Positions 13,901-28,900 of a stretch of DNA of 64,000 nucleotides are shown piece after piece. Origin of the DNA: Negaprion brevirostris. Taxonomy: Eukaryota. The notes under the pieces are model-generated. The model was not told the origin of the DNA. It worked only from the letters and a program-made list of their open reading frames with translations, and did no database searches. How positions within the stretch are numbered: position 1 is the stretch's first letter; each line of letters begins with the position of its first letter. Location: NCBI GenBank assembly GCA_030324005.1, contig JARDVH010000115.1:36716794-36780793 (forward strand), read 5' to 3'. The translations under genes and the position numbers were made by a program.

Positions 13901-16900
13901 NNNNNNNNNNNNNNNNNNNNNNNNNNNNNNNNNNNNNNNNNNNGTTCCATGCAGGGAAGGAAATCTGCCCACCACCTGGCTAAAGGCTAACTCAGTGCCG
14001 CAATTTGTAGTTCCACATAAGTGGGAGCACAGAATGGACATGACAAGCCTTGAGTGTGGCAAGGACCAAGTGCTAACTTAGGAATTTGGTGCAGATAGAA
14101 ATCTTGTGGAGAGGGTTAAGGAGCTTCTGTTTTTTATACCAGGTTCTAGTCTCCTTTTAGCTGGTAATTGTTCAAAGCGATTAATTAAGTCAGCAGGTAT
14201 GGGTGATTGGTTGGCAAGGTCGAAGACTTTATCCCTCTAAATGGAGACAGTAGTTTAAACAGTAATAAATATTGCATTAAACTTATAGCTTAACTAGTTG
14301 AACTATTTAATACAACCACAGATGACAGTAGTGATATTTCTAAACTTGAAACCTAATTAGTTAAATAAAACACAACAAAGATGGCAAGGCAGGTGATGTC
14401 TTGTAACTCTTGCATGTGGAAGCTGGTGGATAACCACCTGATTTATGACAATCACAAGTGTCTACAGATCCAGCAACTTTGGCTGTAAGTTGATTATCTG
14501 AAATACAAGTTGCAATGCATCAGGGGGAGAGAGAAAGTTACTTGCACACTTTGTTCTAGGAGACAATCACATCCTTTCGGGCAGAGTCAATGATTGGGTC
14601 CGTGGACAGATAGGGGAAGGTATGACTATAAGTGGCAGGTATGGGGATCAAGGTAGAAATGGAGGAGCCTTGCGCCAAGCAATTGCCTAATGGATTTGAG
14701 GTTTTTGGGCTTGTCCAGATGAAAGCAGGTGTTGCAGGGTGGATGAGCAAACTAACAACGGTGCTTTGGTACAGAAAGCCAATCTTGGGGTGAGGGAGAG
14801 GGTGGGAAGAATTAATGGGAACATAATAGTGGTAGGGCACAATGTGATTAGGGACAGACTGCTCTGCAGCCAAAGCAGATGTCAGGAAGGCTGTGCTGCC
14901 TGTGGACTGGGAAGAAGCTTGCTATTTGGGAGCAGTGTTGGGGGGAGGAGGGGGCACTATGGTGGTTGGATCCAATTGTTGTGGACCATGTAGGTACTGA
15001 CGACAAAAGTTAGAAGAAGAGGTTTCTCCTTAGAGAGTCTGAGCAGCTAGGCACTAAATTAGAAAGCAGAACTTCTAAGGTAAAAATATCTGGATTATTT
15101 ACCTGAGCCACAAGCAAACTGGAGTAGGGTAAGTAAGTTTCAAGAGTTAAATGCATGGCTCAAAGATTAGTTTTGGAGAAATGAGGTTCAATTCATGGAG
15201 CACTGGCAAAGTGGGAATTGTACCTTTTGGATGGTCTTCACCTGAACTATGCTGAGACAGGCGTTATGGGGTAGAGAGGGCTTTAAGCTAAATAGTTGGG
15301 GTGAAAGATCAAGTGATGGAAGATGTGATAAATTTAAGAGAAGGGACAAGGCAAAAAAGCAAGATAACAATAAGGGAATTGATAATCTGAGTGTGGAAGA
15401 AAGAGCTGGAGCATTTAAATCAGAATGTGCCAGCGTATAAGGCTAGGAGTTACAAAAATAATAAAAAGACAGAATTAAAGACAGTCTATCTGAATGTACG
15501 AGGTAGATGAATTGATGGCTCAAATTCATGTAAAAACGTGCAATATAATTGCTATTATGGAGACATGGTTAAGGTGCATTACACATAGAATGAAAACTCA
15601 CCACAGGGTCAGTTGGGTGAAATATATTGTACAATCGGCCACAGATACTTCTCGGTAGAATGTGATCCTGATTACCACTATGTTGAGGCCGTATGCCACG
15701 TAATGCTAGGAAAACAGCTAGAGGGGATCCCATACAGANNNNNNNNNNNNNNNNNNNNNNNNNNNNNNNNNNNNNNNNNNNNNNNNNNNNNNNNNNNNNN
15801 NNNNNNNNNNNNNNNNNNNNNNNNNNNNNNNNNNNNNNNNNNNNNNNNNNNNNNNNNNNNNNNNNNNNNNNNNNNNNNNNNNNNNNNNNNNNNNNNNNNN
15901 NNNNNNNNNNNNNNNNNNNNNNNNNNNNNNNNNNNNNNNNNNNNNNNNNNNNNNNNNNNNNNNNNNNNNNNNNNNNNNNNNNNNNNNNNNNNNNNNNNNN
16001 NNNNNNNNNNNNNNNNNNNNNNNNNNNNNNNNNNNNNNNNNNNNNNNNNNNNNNNNNNNNNNNNNNNNNNNNNNNNNNNNNNNNNNNNNNNNNNNNNNNN
16101 NNNNNNNNNNNNNNNNNNNNNNNNNNNNNNNNNNNNNNNNNNNNNNNNNNNNNNNNNCTATTGATTGTTGGCAAGTCCGGACGATCTTGCAGTGGTCGGG
16201 GCCAGAAAATCCCACCCAGAGGTTGTTCATTCTGTCCTTTCTGCTTGCACATCAAGCCAAACCTTCTCCAAGGCTGCTGCTTTTCCTAGCATATTATTCC
16301 AGTTGATGACTGGGAACAGGCTCACAACCAGTATCACACTAGTAACTGAAGTATAAATGTACCAGAAATAATCTGAATTCCATGAAGGTCTATGATCTAT
16401 GTAAAGCTCTAGTTGCAGAAGGAGAGAACCCCGAGAATAAAACAATTCAGCTGTTGCTGACGTCTGTAACTTATCAGATGGCGCAAAACCGTCATCGCTG
16501 AGGATTATTTTTAATTAAAGATTTGTGACCTGTGGCTCTGCCTACCATCTTAGGCAAGGAAAGGAAAACATACACACTACAGATACTTTCACCTTAACTG
16601 CAGTTTTAAACTCAAACTCAGCGGAGCTGAAATTCTGTTTGAGGGAAAAGCATTGCAGGCAGTTTTATTAACACAAACTATCAGAAAAATACACAGTCAA
16701 AACACAAAGACATGCTGCACCAGTAATCAAAAGTACAAGGCTGTTGAGAACAATATAACTACATTCTCAAGTGAACTTAAATGAGTTAGTCTACTTTTTT
16801 TTTGTTAGTAAGGGACAGGCATATGACCGCCTCTCGATTTTAATTACGCAAATTTTAAACTGTAGGTTAACAAATCTACTTCTACACACCTTAAATTTCA

Positions 16901-19900
16901 AAGCAGGAAATCTGAATGGAGCTGATGCTTTCACTTGAAGCAACTGGTGCTCTAATTGTTTTAATCTGTAAAATGAAATTCAAGTATCAATGGATGCCAC
17001 AATAGAATTGTACTGTAAACAGATATTTTCACAAAAAACAAACATTATAAAAGCACCTTTAATCTTCAGCTGCATTTTTGTTCCCTGGTCCAATAACTAT
17101 GCCGCAAGGGATAGTTAAAATTGGATATTAAAATAAATGTATCTGTATCATTTTCACAGGGATATCAGAGTTGGTTTGCAAGTATAGTCTGATACACAGT
17201 TTGAAATAGACGCACACACACACACACACACACAGCCGCCCACCCTAGCCTTTAGGCAACTTCTTAGTAAACTCTAGATGCATCACTGTTGGCTTCCTAT
17301 CTCCGAATGACACAGTCTGCAACAATATATGCGACAACCACCCGCCCACACAGCAAAGTCACAATATCAAGAGAAGAAACTTTGTAGAGCAAGTAAAAAT
17401 CAAAAAGCACGTCACTCTGGGTCACTTCAATCACCTTATCAATGGCCTGGAGTTGGCATTTAGAAGGAACATCGGAGGTCAGTTGCCAAGTGATGGGGTA
17501 CATGGCAAAGAGACCTTAAAGGGAGCAAACAATTAAAACAACTGGGGGGGGGAAAAAAGTGGCAATGAGTACCTTTCCCCCACTATCAGATAAAGTGATA
17601 CTTTGTGTTACTTATTTGTGGCATAGTACCAGATAATTATTTTAACATGTAACCACCAAAATAATTTCAGATGGCAAAGCAAGTCTCAATGTTTATACAG
17701 AGGAAATAAGTCAGGAAAACAAAAGTGAAAGTAGATAAAGGGAAAGAGAGAGAGAGACAAGAATGGATACAAAGTACAAGATACAGGAACTGCTGAGGGC
17801 TGCAACTCAAAAAGACANNNNNNNNNNNNNNNNNNNNNNNNNNNNNNNNNNNNNNNNNNNNNNNNNNNNNNNNNNNNNNNNNNNNNNNNNNNNNNNNNNN
17901 NNNNNNNNNNNNNNNNNNNNNNNNNNNNNNNNNNNNNNNNNNNNNNNNNNNNNNNNNNNNNNNNNNNNNNNNNNNNNNNNNNNNNNNNNNNNNNNNNNNN
18001 NNNNNNNNNNNNNNNNNNNNNNNNNNNNNNNNNNNNNNNNNNNNNNNNNNNNNNNNNNNNNNNNNNNNNNNNNNNNNNNNNNNNNNNNNNNNNNNNNNNN
18101 NNNNNNNNNNNNNNNNNNNNNNNNNNNNNNNNNNNNNNNNNNNNNNNNNNNNNNNNNNNNNNNNNNNNNNNNNNNNNNNNNNNNNNNNNNNNNNNNNNNN
18201 NNNNNNNNNGTGGTACAGGTCACAGGTTTGGAAGGTGCCGAAGGAGACTTGCCGAGCTGATGCAGTGTATCTACGGATAGGACATACTGCTGTCACTGTG
18301 GGCCAATGCGGGAGTGTGTGAAAGGTTAAGATGATGGATTTGGTGCTGAGTTTTCTTGGATGGTGTAACGATTCTTGAGCGTTACTGGAACTACACTCAT
18401 CCAGGCAAGAGGAGGATATTTCATCACTCTTCAGAGTGTATCTTGTAGGTGAGGGAAAGGCTTTAGGAGTGAGTTATTTGCTGCAGAATAACCAGCCTCT
18501 GAATTATTCTTGTAGTCACAGCATAGTTGATCTAGTTAAGGTGTCCTTTAATGGCAACATCATAATTATTGATGGCAGGGATTTAACAATGATAATATTA
18601 TTGAAAGTCATGGGGAGATGGTGAGATATGGTCGACGCCTGGCGCTTGTGTCACTCTCCACTCATCAGCTGATGTTGATTGTTGTCCAAGTTCTGCTGCA
18701 TGTCAGCTTGGACTGCACCAGTGTCTGAGGAGTTATGAACAGTACTGAACACTGTGCAAGCAAAGGACATTCCCACTTCTGACATTATGATAGAGGGAAG
18801 GTTGCTGATGAAGCAGCTGGAGATGGTCGGATCTACCCTGAAGGGCTCCTCTGATGATGCCCGGGGGCTGAAATGAACAGACTGACAACCACAGCCTTTT
18901 TTTTTGCTGCATCAAGACTCATTTCTATTAGTATTAAAAGCTTTATTCTTTCCTTTTGTATTTCAGGTAGCGCATTGTATGTCCAAATAACACAATGTCA
19001 AAGCATTTCTAACAACTCCCCATTGCCACTCTCCTTTTCACTCCTTGTTGATCCTCAGTTTACATGTTCTAGTTACTGACTAATTGGTCAGTGGAAATAG
19101 TTTTTCCATAACTTGTATTATTAATATCCTTCATATTTTAAAAATCTGCTTCAGACTTTTTGTTTTAATGAAAAGAACCTTAGTTGCTTGTAGGCTAGCT
19201 AGTAGTGTCTAAACTGTTCACTACTCCTGGTATAACTTCAATAAATCCTGCTTTATCATCATGGCCTTGAGGTTAGTATCTTCTCTGAGTTCAGAAACAA
19301 AGGCCCATTTATAAAACAACTCACATTGCACAAGTTTGCTTTTTTGACAGCTTTATCTACATGTCTGCATGTAAATATTGTGCATCTGAATCTCTCTGCT
19401 TTGTTGCAGCTTTAACATTGTTATTGTTTAGACTATGTTGACTCCCCATTTTCTCCCAAAATGTAGCCTCACAAAGTTCTCTACATTAAATTTCAGCCAA
19501 TCAGTCTACATCGTCTTGAAGTTGCATAATTCCCTTCACAGTGAATTTATCTACAAACTCGCTATCTACAAACCTTGGCCTGGGTTCTCAGGCCTCTGCT
19601 CACGTCAGAATGGAGGCAAAAGGACATCTAAAAGTGACGGTTGAGACCTGGCTCAGGGAATCCTGCCCCTATTTCAGTTTCTGTGAATTTTCTGGCGCAG
19701 GAAAGGGTGTGGGTAACAAGCCCACACATAGCACTCCTTTCCACTGAGGAGACCCCCTGTAATTTTGATGGAGTTGAGCCAGCTTATGTAGGAGATGCAG
19801 TTCATGACTTTTCAGGGCAATCATGAACAATGGAGGAAGTCTACCCTGGAGTTGGGAGCCAGAGAATGCCACAGGCATTCAATATTCCCTTTGAAAAAAA

Positions 19901-22900
19901 AACACCCTCTTACTTTCNNNNNNNNNNNNNNNNNNNNNNNNNNNNNNNNNNNNNNNNNNNNNNNNNNNNNNNNNNNNNNNNNNNNNNNNNNNNNNAAACA
20001 GATGATCAAAAAATAAATAATAAAAATGTCAACGAAGCAAAGTTAGCAGTTTGCTTGCAACTACATAAACAACCACACATAGAACTGAATGCATTTGTTA
20101 TTGCTGGAGTTCAGCCTAACTTCGATAATAAGACCATCTATCAATTTTATCAACAAAGGCAGACTGAACAGATAGTCTGACAACTGGCAAAGTGGTTAAC
20201 ACTTCTGCCTCACAGCGCCAGGGACTGAGGTTCAATTCCAGCTTTGGGTGACTGTGTGGAGTTGACATGTTTTCCTTGTGTCTGCGTTGGTTCCCTCTGG
20301 GTGCTCCATTTCTTCCCACAGTCCAAAGGTGTGCTGGTTAGGTGGATTGGCCATGCTAAATTTCCCCTTAATGTATAGTTTGGGGGATTAGTGGGGAAAA
20401 TATGTGGGGATAGAACTTGGGCAAGATGCTCTGTTGGAGAGTAAGTGCAGACTCAATGGGCTGAATGGCCTTGTTCTACACTGTGGTTCTATGATCTATT
20501 CTGCAAGATGGACTAGTACTAAATTAATAAATATTTAGTTGTGCTCCAAGACTGACTAAGAGGATCTGTTACACAGTCAAAGTGCACTGCTTGCTGTGTT
20601 GTAGTGAGTTCTTGCCTTGAAGTGATTTTTCAATGCCTGTGTGCTTATTTGGATAGAATTGGAGGTTTCTTAAATGGGACTTTCACTGACTGTGTTTGAC
20701 TGACAGTTTTATGTATTTGTAATGGACCATTTTTTAAATAGAATGTTGTTGCCCAATTCATTTTATATTTCCTAAGCATTTCAAAGACTTCCAGTGTTAT
20801 GATATGGCTCTCAAATTCTGTACCTAGTGGATACTCTGAGAGTGGACTTGGAAAATGCATGGGAGAGTGAGGGCAAGAGGATGAATAATGCCCAATCTTT
20901 GTCCCAGTAAATGGAAGCAGCTCTCCTAACATGTCAGCCTGGCCATCCATCAGCCATATTTGCCACCTCTGTAGGCAGCAGGCTTGATCCCAACCCCTGT
21001 CCACCTCTGCGACATAAAAAATAGAGTGGGTGTTTCCATGACGGAGCTAAGATCACAGAGGCAGAAAAATTCCCAACCCCCAATACCTGTCTCAAATGAA
21101 AATTCGGCCAGTTGATACCATGTTCTCAACGTTCTACTCCAGTATCTTCCTGTGTTGGGAAGGATAATGATTCCAACACTGTCTTTGGAATCAGCACTTC
21201 TTAGATTTTAGTCTGAAAACATCCATTAACCACTACTGCTTACTGTCCTTTTACCAACTTTCCATTAATGTCATCATATTCTCTTCAGTATTGTAACATC
21301 CAAATTTGTAATTAATGCTGTTTTGAAAATGAAAACTGCATCTCCTTTATCGATAGATATTTTCTCAAGGAAGTGGATTGAATTTATCATACAACACTTA
21401 CCTTTTAAAAATGTATGTTGGCGACCTTTAATTAGTCCACCTCCTTCTACATGGGTTTTAATTTTATTCCACATTATGGTTACTAGAAGCTGCCCCAGTA
21501 TAGATGTTAAGCTGACTAGTCCATCATTATCCAATTTATACTTTCCCCCTTCTTGAATCAATGTAAAAGTTGCAAAATTGACCAATCTTCTGGCAGGTGC
21601 AATTTCCATTTCCTACGATACTTAGAAAACTCTAGTTAACGCCGCAATTATTTTTTCCTCTCCAATCTGCCTTAACATTCCAATATCAATGCCATCAAGT
21701 TCTGGTGCCTTTCTACGGAATTGCACAAATCATTTCAATCCGGCTGCCTAAACTAGTTACTTCATCTAATTTCTCCAAGACAAAGCATTCATCTAATATC
21801 TCTGCCATCCCTGCAAGCTCCATGAAAGATTTCCTTTGTTTCTAGTTGCTTCTAACTTTTCAGCAACAATTCTTTTACTAATTTTGTTGATGACACCCAT
21901 TTCTGGGGTGAATGCAGAAGCCAAGTCTGTGGCTAAGTTGTAGCATTCTCAGCTCTTAGATGATGTGGGTTCCAGTCCCACTTCGGAAACTTCAGCACAT
22001 AATCTTGCCTGCCATTCCAGAGTGGTGCTGAAGAACTGCAGCACGGTCAGAGGTGCTGTCTTCCTGATGAGGTGTTAAATCGCATCCCAGGGTCTCAGCT
22101 GGATGTAAAAGATCAGACTGCTCTATTCCTAGAACAGCTGGTTCTCCTGGTGTCCTGACTCATGTTTATCCCTCAAGTCAATGTCCAGAAAGAGATGACC
22201 TGGTCACTGATTTTCTCACTCTTTCTGGAAGATTGTTTTGTGCAAAATGGTTACGATACACCCTATAGGATAAACACACTTCACTGGTTGTTGAGGCTTT
22301 TGTGATATCAGATATCATGAAAACAACTCAAGAAATACTTCTTTCATCTACTGATTAGACAAGGGACAGGCAAATGACAGAAATGATGGCAGATATCAAG
22401 AGTTGGGAGGATTGTCTGAACAGTTGATCTCAAATTCATCTTTCCATCAGCCTAAGACATGTTTAGACTGATTGAAGTTATTTATTTCATTTGCAAAACC
22501 AGCACCCAGGTAATGCAGTCTTCATATGTGTACATTCTGACTTTAATGATCAAATGCTTTTCTCAACCTTTTGCCATCAGAAGAATTCAACTGCTGCCAG
22601 AAGCCAATGAAAAACAAACATGTATTTGACACAAGTTAACAAAGTTCTAGGGTCTTCTCTTCCCTTCCACAGTCTGTGCGCCTTTTGGAATTCTGATGAT
22701 CTTTAACATTCTGGTTAAGCAAACAAAGACACAGCCTTTTTCCTACATTGTCAAAAATCTGAATTGATTCATCAGTATTACACTTCATGCAACCTTAAGT
22801 AACTTTATGCATGTAAATTTGATAACGAGGCTAGGCACCATGATTTTAACATTATACCATGCATAAATCCTTACCGTTGTTTAGTCTTGAGAATATCATC

Positions 22901-25900
22901 CAGTAGCTCACGCTCCTCAAAGCTCATGGAAGCCTCTGTCATCTCTTCTTCCTCTTGGACCATTTTGTCATAAAATCGCACTGGATACCAACCAGTCATA
23001 ATGTCATACGTGATGACACAGCCCAGCGAGTGGGCTACTATTGAAACCTTGCCGCCTTGCATTTCAAAATCGGGGTTCCGAGAACAGAAAAGCGCATATA
23101 ACCGATTTAACTCCTGCTGAAGACCTTTCACAATCTGAAGTAAGAAAAACATAAAAATATTTAAATGACGTACCTAGCTTTCACTATGGTATACATAAAT
23201 GCTGGAATTAAAAGTATAGCCACATGGTGAATAGACATGGAATTTTATGCTAATATACATTTGGATAATTCTTGCAGATAGCAGACACATACATGATGGG
23301 TCGAATGATTCCCTTCTGTGATGCAACCACTCTGTAATTCTATGAATTTCATGCATGCTGTGTAAGACGCAAATTTACACTGGAATTATAACTGGATTCA
23401 AAAAAGCAGTGTACATCCACTTCAAAAGATTCCTGAATAATATACAAGCTAACAATTAAATTGATACAGTGTTACTTCTACTTTCGGCCTAATTCACGAA
23501 CAGGAAAGATCATGAGAATTATTATTCAGTAACTCATATAGAAGTCTATATGAGTTATTGAACTGAACAATAACCAGCTACAGNNNNNNNNNNNNNNNNN
23601 NNNNNNNNNNNNNNNNNNNNNNNNNNNNNNNNNNNNNNNNNNNNNNNNNNNNNNNNNNNNNNNNNNNNNNNNNNNNNNNNNNNCAGCCTTCAAAATTACT
23701 TGTCCTGGTTATCAGTTGCTTAACTGGAACTAATACAACAGTGTACAGTGTGTAGCCTGATCGAAATAAGATCAATGGACAGATTTAAAAAGTCATGGCA
23801 TTTCTTAATCAAGTTTTATTATTGTTTGTGTATTGAGTTCCAAGGTATACAAATTCCAAAGAATAAATAATCATATTGCCTTTTTGTTCTGGCTAGACTC
23901 GCTGTCGACAATTTGGTAATAAGCTGCATTACACCAATGTTTAGCTTGGTAATGTCTTGTATTTGTATAGAATAATTAAATGGTCAAAAGCTGCTGCTAA
24001 TACTCAAGTCCCCTTGTCACCCTGACAGACAAGGCATGGGGAAAAGAAACACTGCAGCAGAGGATCACTCAGATTTGAAAACCTAAATTCTGCATTAAAT
24101 AAGGATTTATCCTCCAGCAAAAACACATTTTATTTAGGATAAAGTGTTGCTACTTGTAATTTTTGCTTACCATCTGAATAATTCTTGTCTGATTAAACAG
24201 AGCTTGGTTTAAAACGAACACTTTAAAATACTGTGGTTACAAAGTTTGAGTGCATGCACATAGTTTGTCTAATATCCAAAAGGAAGAAAAAGACAGGAAT
24301 TCATTTTGGGTGGCAGTACATTGTCAGCCCACGTCATCCAACATTTGGTTCGATTAACTTTCATGTTATACAAGAGTATAACAAGCAGCTGAGGCAGTAT
24401 GAACTTCCAGGATGGATGCTTGCTCCCAAAGTGTGTGTTTTGCAGAAGGTTTGTGTCCTACTCCAGGGTAATCATTACTTACTATTGACAAAAATCTCAT
24501 GTTAAAAAATATTGCACTATGACCCCCCTCCTTCAACATTGGATATGCACAACAATATTTTTTGTTCTGGCTAGACTCACTGTCAGCAATTTACTAATAA
24601 GCTGCAATACAATAATGTTTAGCTTGCTAATGTTTTGTACTTGTATAGAATAATTAAATGGTCAGAAGCTGCTGCTAATACTCGTGTAACCTCATCACCA
24701 TGAGACACAAACTTGACCCCTATTTTCTTCCAGTTAAATTGATAGTTCCTATCCACTAAGTTTTAAAAAAAAATCCAAAAGGATGCAGTGAGAAAACTGC
24801 TGATGAAGTTACGATGTGGAATCTGGACTCATGCACGCTGCTTTAAAACAAATTCTGATAAACACTTCAATGTTAAAATTAGTTGATGCATTTTGAAGCT
24901 ACTGTGCTGGTACTACTTAAATGTGAACTATGAACAGCAAAGGGAACTCCTATTTTTAAACATCCAACTTGGGAGTGAAGTTTTACTGCAAAGCTTTATA
25001 ATCCATGAATTAACAACCTTCCAGCTTTAGTTTTTGTAAGAATCTCAATTTTTCTCTATTTTAGCTCACCACATGAGCAGGATTTAACACTCCACTGCCA
25101 GCAAGTATGAAGTGGGAGGGAGGTGGGGGGCATACAAGATCCAGTGGCAGCCTTGCCTGCCATCTTGATTTGCCGAATTAGCCAAATAGTACCCACTTAA
25201 GGCCTTATGCCATTGCCGCTAGGATTCAACCGGCAGCAGGAGAGGCCCACACTAAGCATCCATGCAGTCAACTTTATCTGCATGATATAATGGCAGGCAG
25301 GATGTGGCCCTTTAACAGGCCCATTAGATTTAATGGGGCACTCCCCCAAGATATTTCAATCCTGGCCAGCCACAACAGCCTACCCACCTGATCTCATCAA
25401 AACCCTCAGACTTAACTCTGGTCCTGGTTTGACAGCAGCTCGCCTTCCTGCATGTGTCACCGTGGTACTGACAGTGGCTACCGCTCCTGATAGCACTGTC
25501 AATATGGACACAGTCGTACTGGAAAGCTGCTGGCTTCTAGCTCTAAGGGGTGGACATCCTGTTGCTGATGGGCAGAAGTCATGGATGTCTCAAGCCAGTT
25601 AATGGCTGGGGACCACAGCGCTCTGTTAAATCCAGCCCTATCTCATCACCTTCCTCAAGCCCATTGATCTAGCCCTCCAGAGTTAAAAAAAAGTCCCAAA
25701 ACACCAACCAAACAAAAGCTTTTCAGAATTAACAACAAGGCTACAGATCTTCATGCATTAACTACTTGACTACCAGGAGTTTTGAATAAAAACTGTTATT
25801 AAGTCATTAACACAGGCAAAATAGATGCATCTTATGTGCCAACATTAGAGAATCTATTTCAAACTTCTGATACGCTTTTACCAGAAGCTAGTAGAATCAT

Positions 25901-28900
25901 TGGTAACATCACTGCTGCTGTTGCATCATAGGGAATTAGAGACAGTATGGAAAGCAGATACACTTCCCCGCAGAAAATCAGCATTGGTTCCACCTAAACT
26001 CTAAATACTGTCTAATCCCCAAGTCCCAGCTCCACTTACTTTTGTGTTCATGTGGAATCTTAATTGTGTGCTTCCTGAGTCACATGACCTACTGCAATTG
26101 GTCTCAAATCTACAGTAGTATTATACTAAATCTTGCCCTAAATTATGACAAGAATTCTACTATAACTGTGTAGGAATGCGAGCTAACATTTTATTCATAT
26201 ACAATTTCCACCCATCTCTGCAGCTTGAATTGAAGCAGTTTCCACTTTTATTTACATTCATTCTGCACTTCACCTCATTAGTTCTGTGCAAGATAGGGAC
26301 AACGTCTGATAAATCTACAAATGCTACAATTGAAATTCCATCAATTTAATGTCAAGATGCTATTTAAGTGCTTCTTTAAAATATATTCTTAAACACATAA
26401 TTTAATTGCTGTTCCCATCTGAGCCACGATACCCCCATCCCCATTTTGAAATTTAAAAAATGCATTATGAAAATACAATGATGTTATCAACAATGTAGAG
26501 GAGTAAAACCTTGTCATTTATGGTAGCACCAAAGAGGACAATATTGATGGGGCATCCGTTAACACATTCCATCCAGTATTTAGTTTCAAAGATTTTAATG
26601 TTACCGAATTTACAATGGTATGTCATAGAAAGAGCAAAAGTTGCTTTTTCTATGAAATGCTTCCAGAAAATTTGGCCTGCAATTTGCTTTTGCAGTCAAC
26701 ACCCTACTGGAACTGAAGCAACTTCTGAAGCTTGCACATACGCAACATAAAGTGGGAAATATAGAGGGTTCTGTCAGTGATTCTACAATTCTCCAGTGAA
26801 TGCACTGTTGAAGTCTCCCCATTCAATATTCCCTTAGCAATCAGAGGGTTGGTGAAAATTTCCACTTTGATCCTGTTAGCTTCACTGTAAAAACCTGGTA
26901 AATAAAGATTCAACAGGAGCAGCATCCTAATTTCATAATCACTGTTACACAACTTCACTAGCTAATTTTATATCTGTGGGATGTCAAATTTCTCCATTAT
27001 GAATTAAAATAATCCTACATGTTTTTAATATAACTGTTTTTAGGGTTTATTTTTTATCTTAATCCAATCATAATTTGTTTCACTATCTGAAAATTTAAAT
27101 TAAAAGGGGCAATATCGATGTTTTAAAATTTGGAGATTTCTGTTTCTGTGATTGGCTGCTTCCCCTGCTTTCTGGCATTACTGCTAATGTGTGCCTGGAG
27201 ATCTCCTTGGTGCCATCAGATTAAAACTGGTTATTAAGGGAAATTCCTACCAGAGACATCTTTGGGGTCAACTTTCTTCGAGATTAGCAGCAAATGCCAT
27301 TGCTCTGTTGCTGACTGCAAAATCTGGCCCTTTGTTTTTTTTAAGACAGCGATACGCATATTCTGCCTTTATTGCCTATTTCCATTGAAAGCCTTTAGAA
27401 TACCAGGGAAAAGATGGAATCTTTCAGGCTTCACACATTAAACAAAGTACACTCCATCAACCCAATGTGAACGAGGTGCATTTACAAAGTTTCCAGTTCT
27501 GCTCAGTTAATTTTAGAGCATTTGTTTCTCTTACGCCAAATCAATAAGTAGAAACCTTTTCAAAATTCCAGTTCTATGTTTTTGTAAAAGCTTTAATGTC
27601 AATAAATAATAAAGCTGTATATAGGTAACGAGCCTTTGTCAAATCAGGGACAGGGTCTGTCGCATGATTATGGAACTGTGAAGTTGATGTATAAGATTTA
27701 TTTTATTTTATGTATTTTTCACATGTCAATCTAATTTCGACTGCACCCTGCTATTACCTGCTTTCTTCTGACAAAGCTGTAATATATGATTTTGCACATT
27801 CCCTGACTTACTACTCTAAACCAACTGCCCCATCAGTGTGACCTTGCTTGCCTTAACCTTGCTCGAAACTCACACTAGAATATTCAACTTGGATCCCATT
27901 ATCTTTCAAATATGTTTATTGGCTAATTTTGTCACTGCCATTTAAGTTGTACAATACTGGTTCATTCAACACTAGCACGTGCTAATGTTCTTCTCCCTTA
28001 TTTCTCTTTATTTTCCTAATGCTTTTCCTCTCAGCCTTACAGTGTTTACATGTTNNNNNNNNNNCCACAAAGACAAAAATGACACCAGAAATAAACAACT
28101 TGTCAGATAAACAATTAAGGTAAGAAGGCCATTCATCATCTGGTTGTTGACTTTTAACCGGTCAAATTTTTATCTTTATTTGCTGTACTAATTGAATGAC
28201 CATAGCATTTGTTTACAAAAGCTCAAAAGAATTGCAATCTTAAAAAAATGCACATATTATATATATTAAAAAATCAATCTGATTTGCAGCAAAATATAAG
28301 TGGCATTCTGCACCCCATAGTGCAGCGAGTAGAGTGCACTTGTGTGAAAACTAATGAAATCTAGTATTGTACACAAAAAAATTAACTCAAAATCCCACAT
28401 TAATAAACCATGATCATTATGCCTACTTAAAACTATTTACAACAAGATGAGAAACAGACAGACCTCATCCCTGTAAAGGGGGCTAGTGTAGTACATGATG
28501 TCCATAGCACTGCTGTTTAACATGTCTCTAAGTCCACGTACTTTATCTGGAGTTATAGATTCAACAGTATCTAGAAACATAGAAAGTTGAAAAAGATCCA
28601 TTTTCATTAATTCAGCAAGGCAACATTTGAAAATAAATCTTCATGGACATTCTACTTGAACACTGATGCCACAGGTCTAAGGCAACATGTTTAATCCTGT
28701 CCCCAGTGATGCCACTGACTGTCTCCAGCACCTTGCTGAAGTGACCATTCTTCAGCAAATCCTATTGTTCTTATCTGGTACCAGCGCACAGCACACTTCC
28801 AGACAGGAGTGCAACTTGCACTATATGCTCCCTTCCCTTGGCCAGAGGTTTCAGTGTCAGTTCTAAGTCCCTCAACATAGGTCAGCTTATTTAGCACGAA

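Noticed and set aside
15569-18296. Long ORFs of 138-228 aa in the ORF track (also at 30148-30689 and 45462-46016)
   Set aside because: They are artefacts of translating through N gaps; only the DDHD1 exon 9 portion is real.
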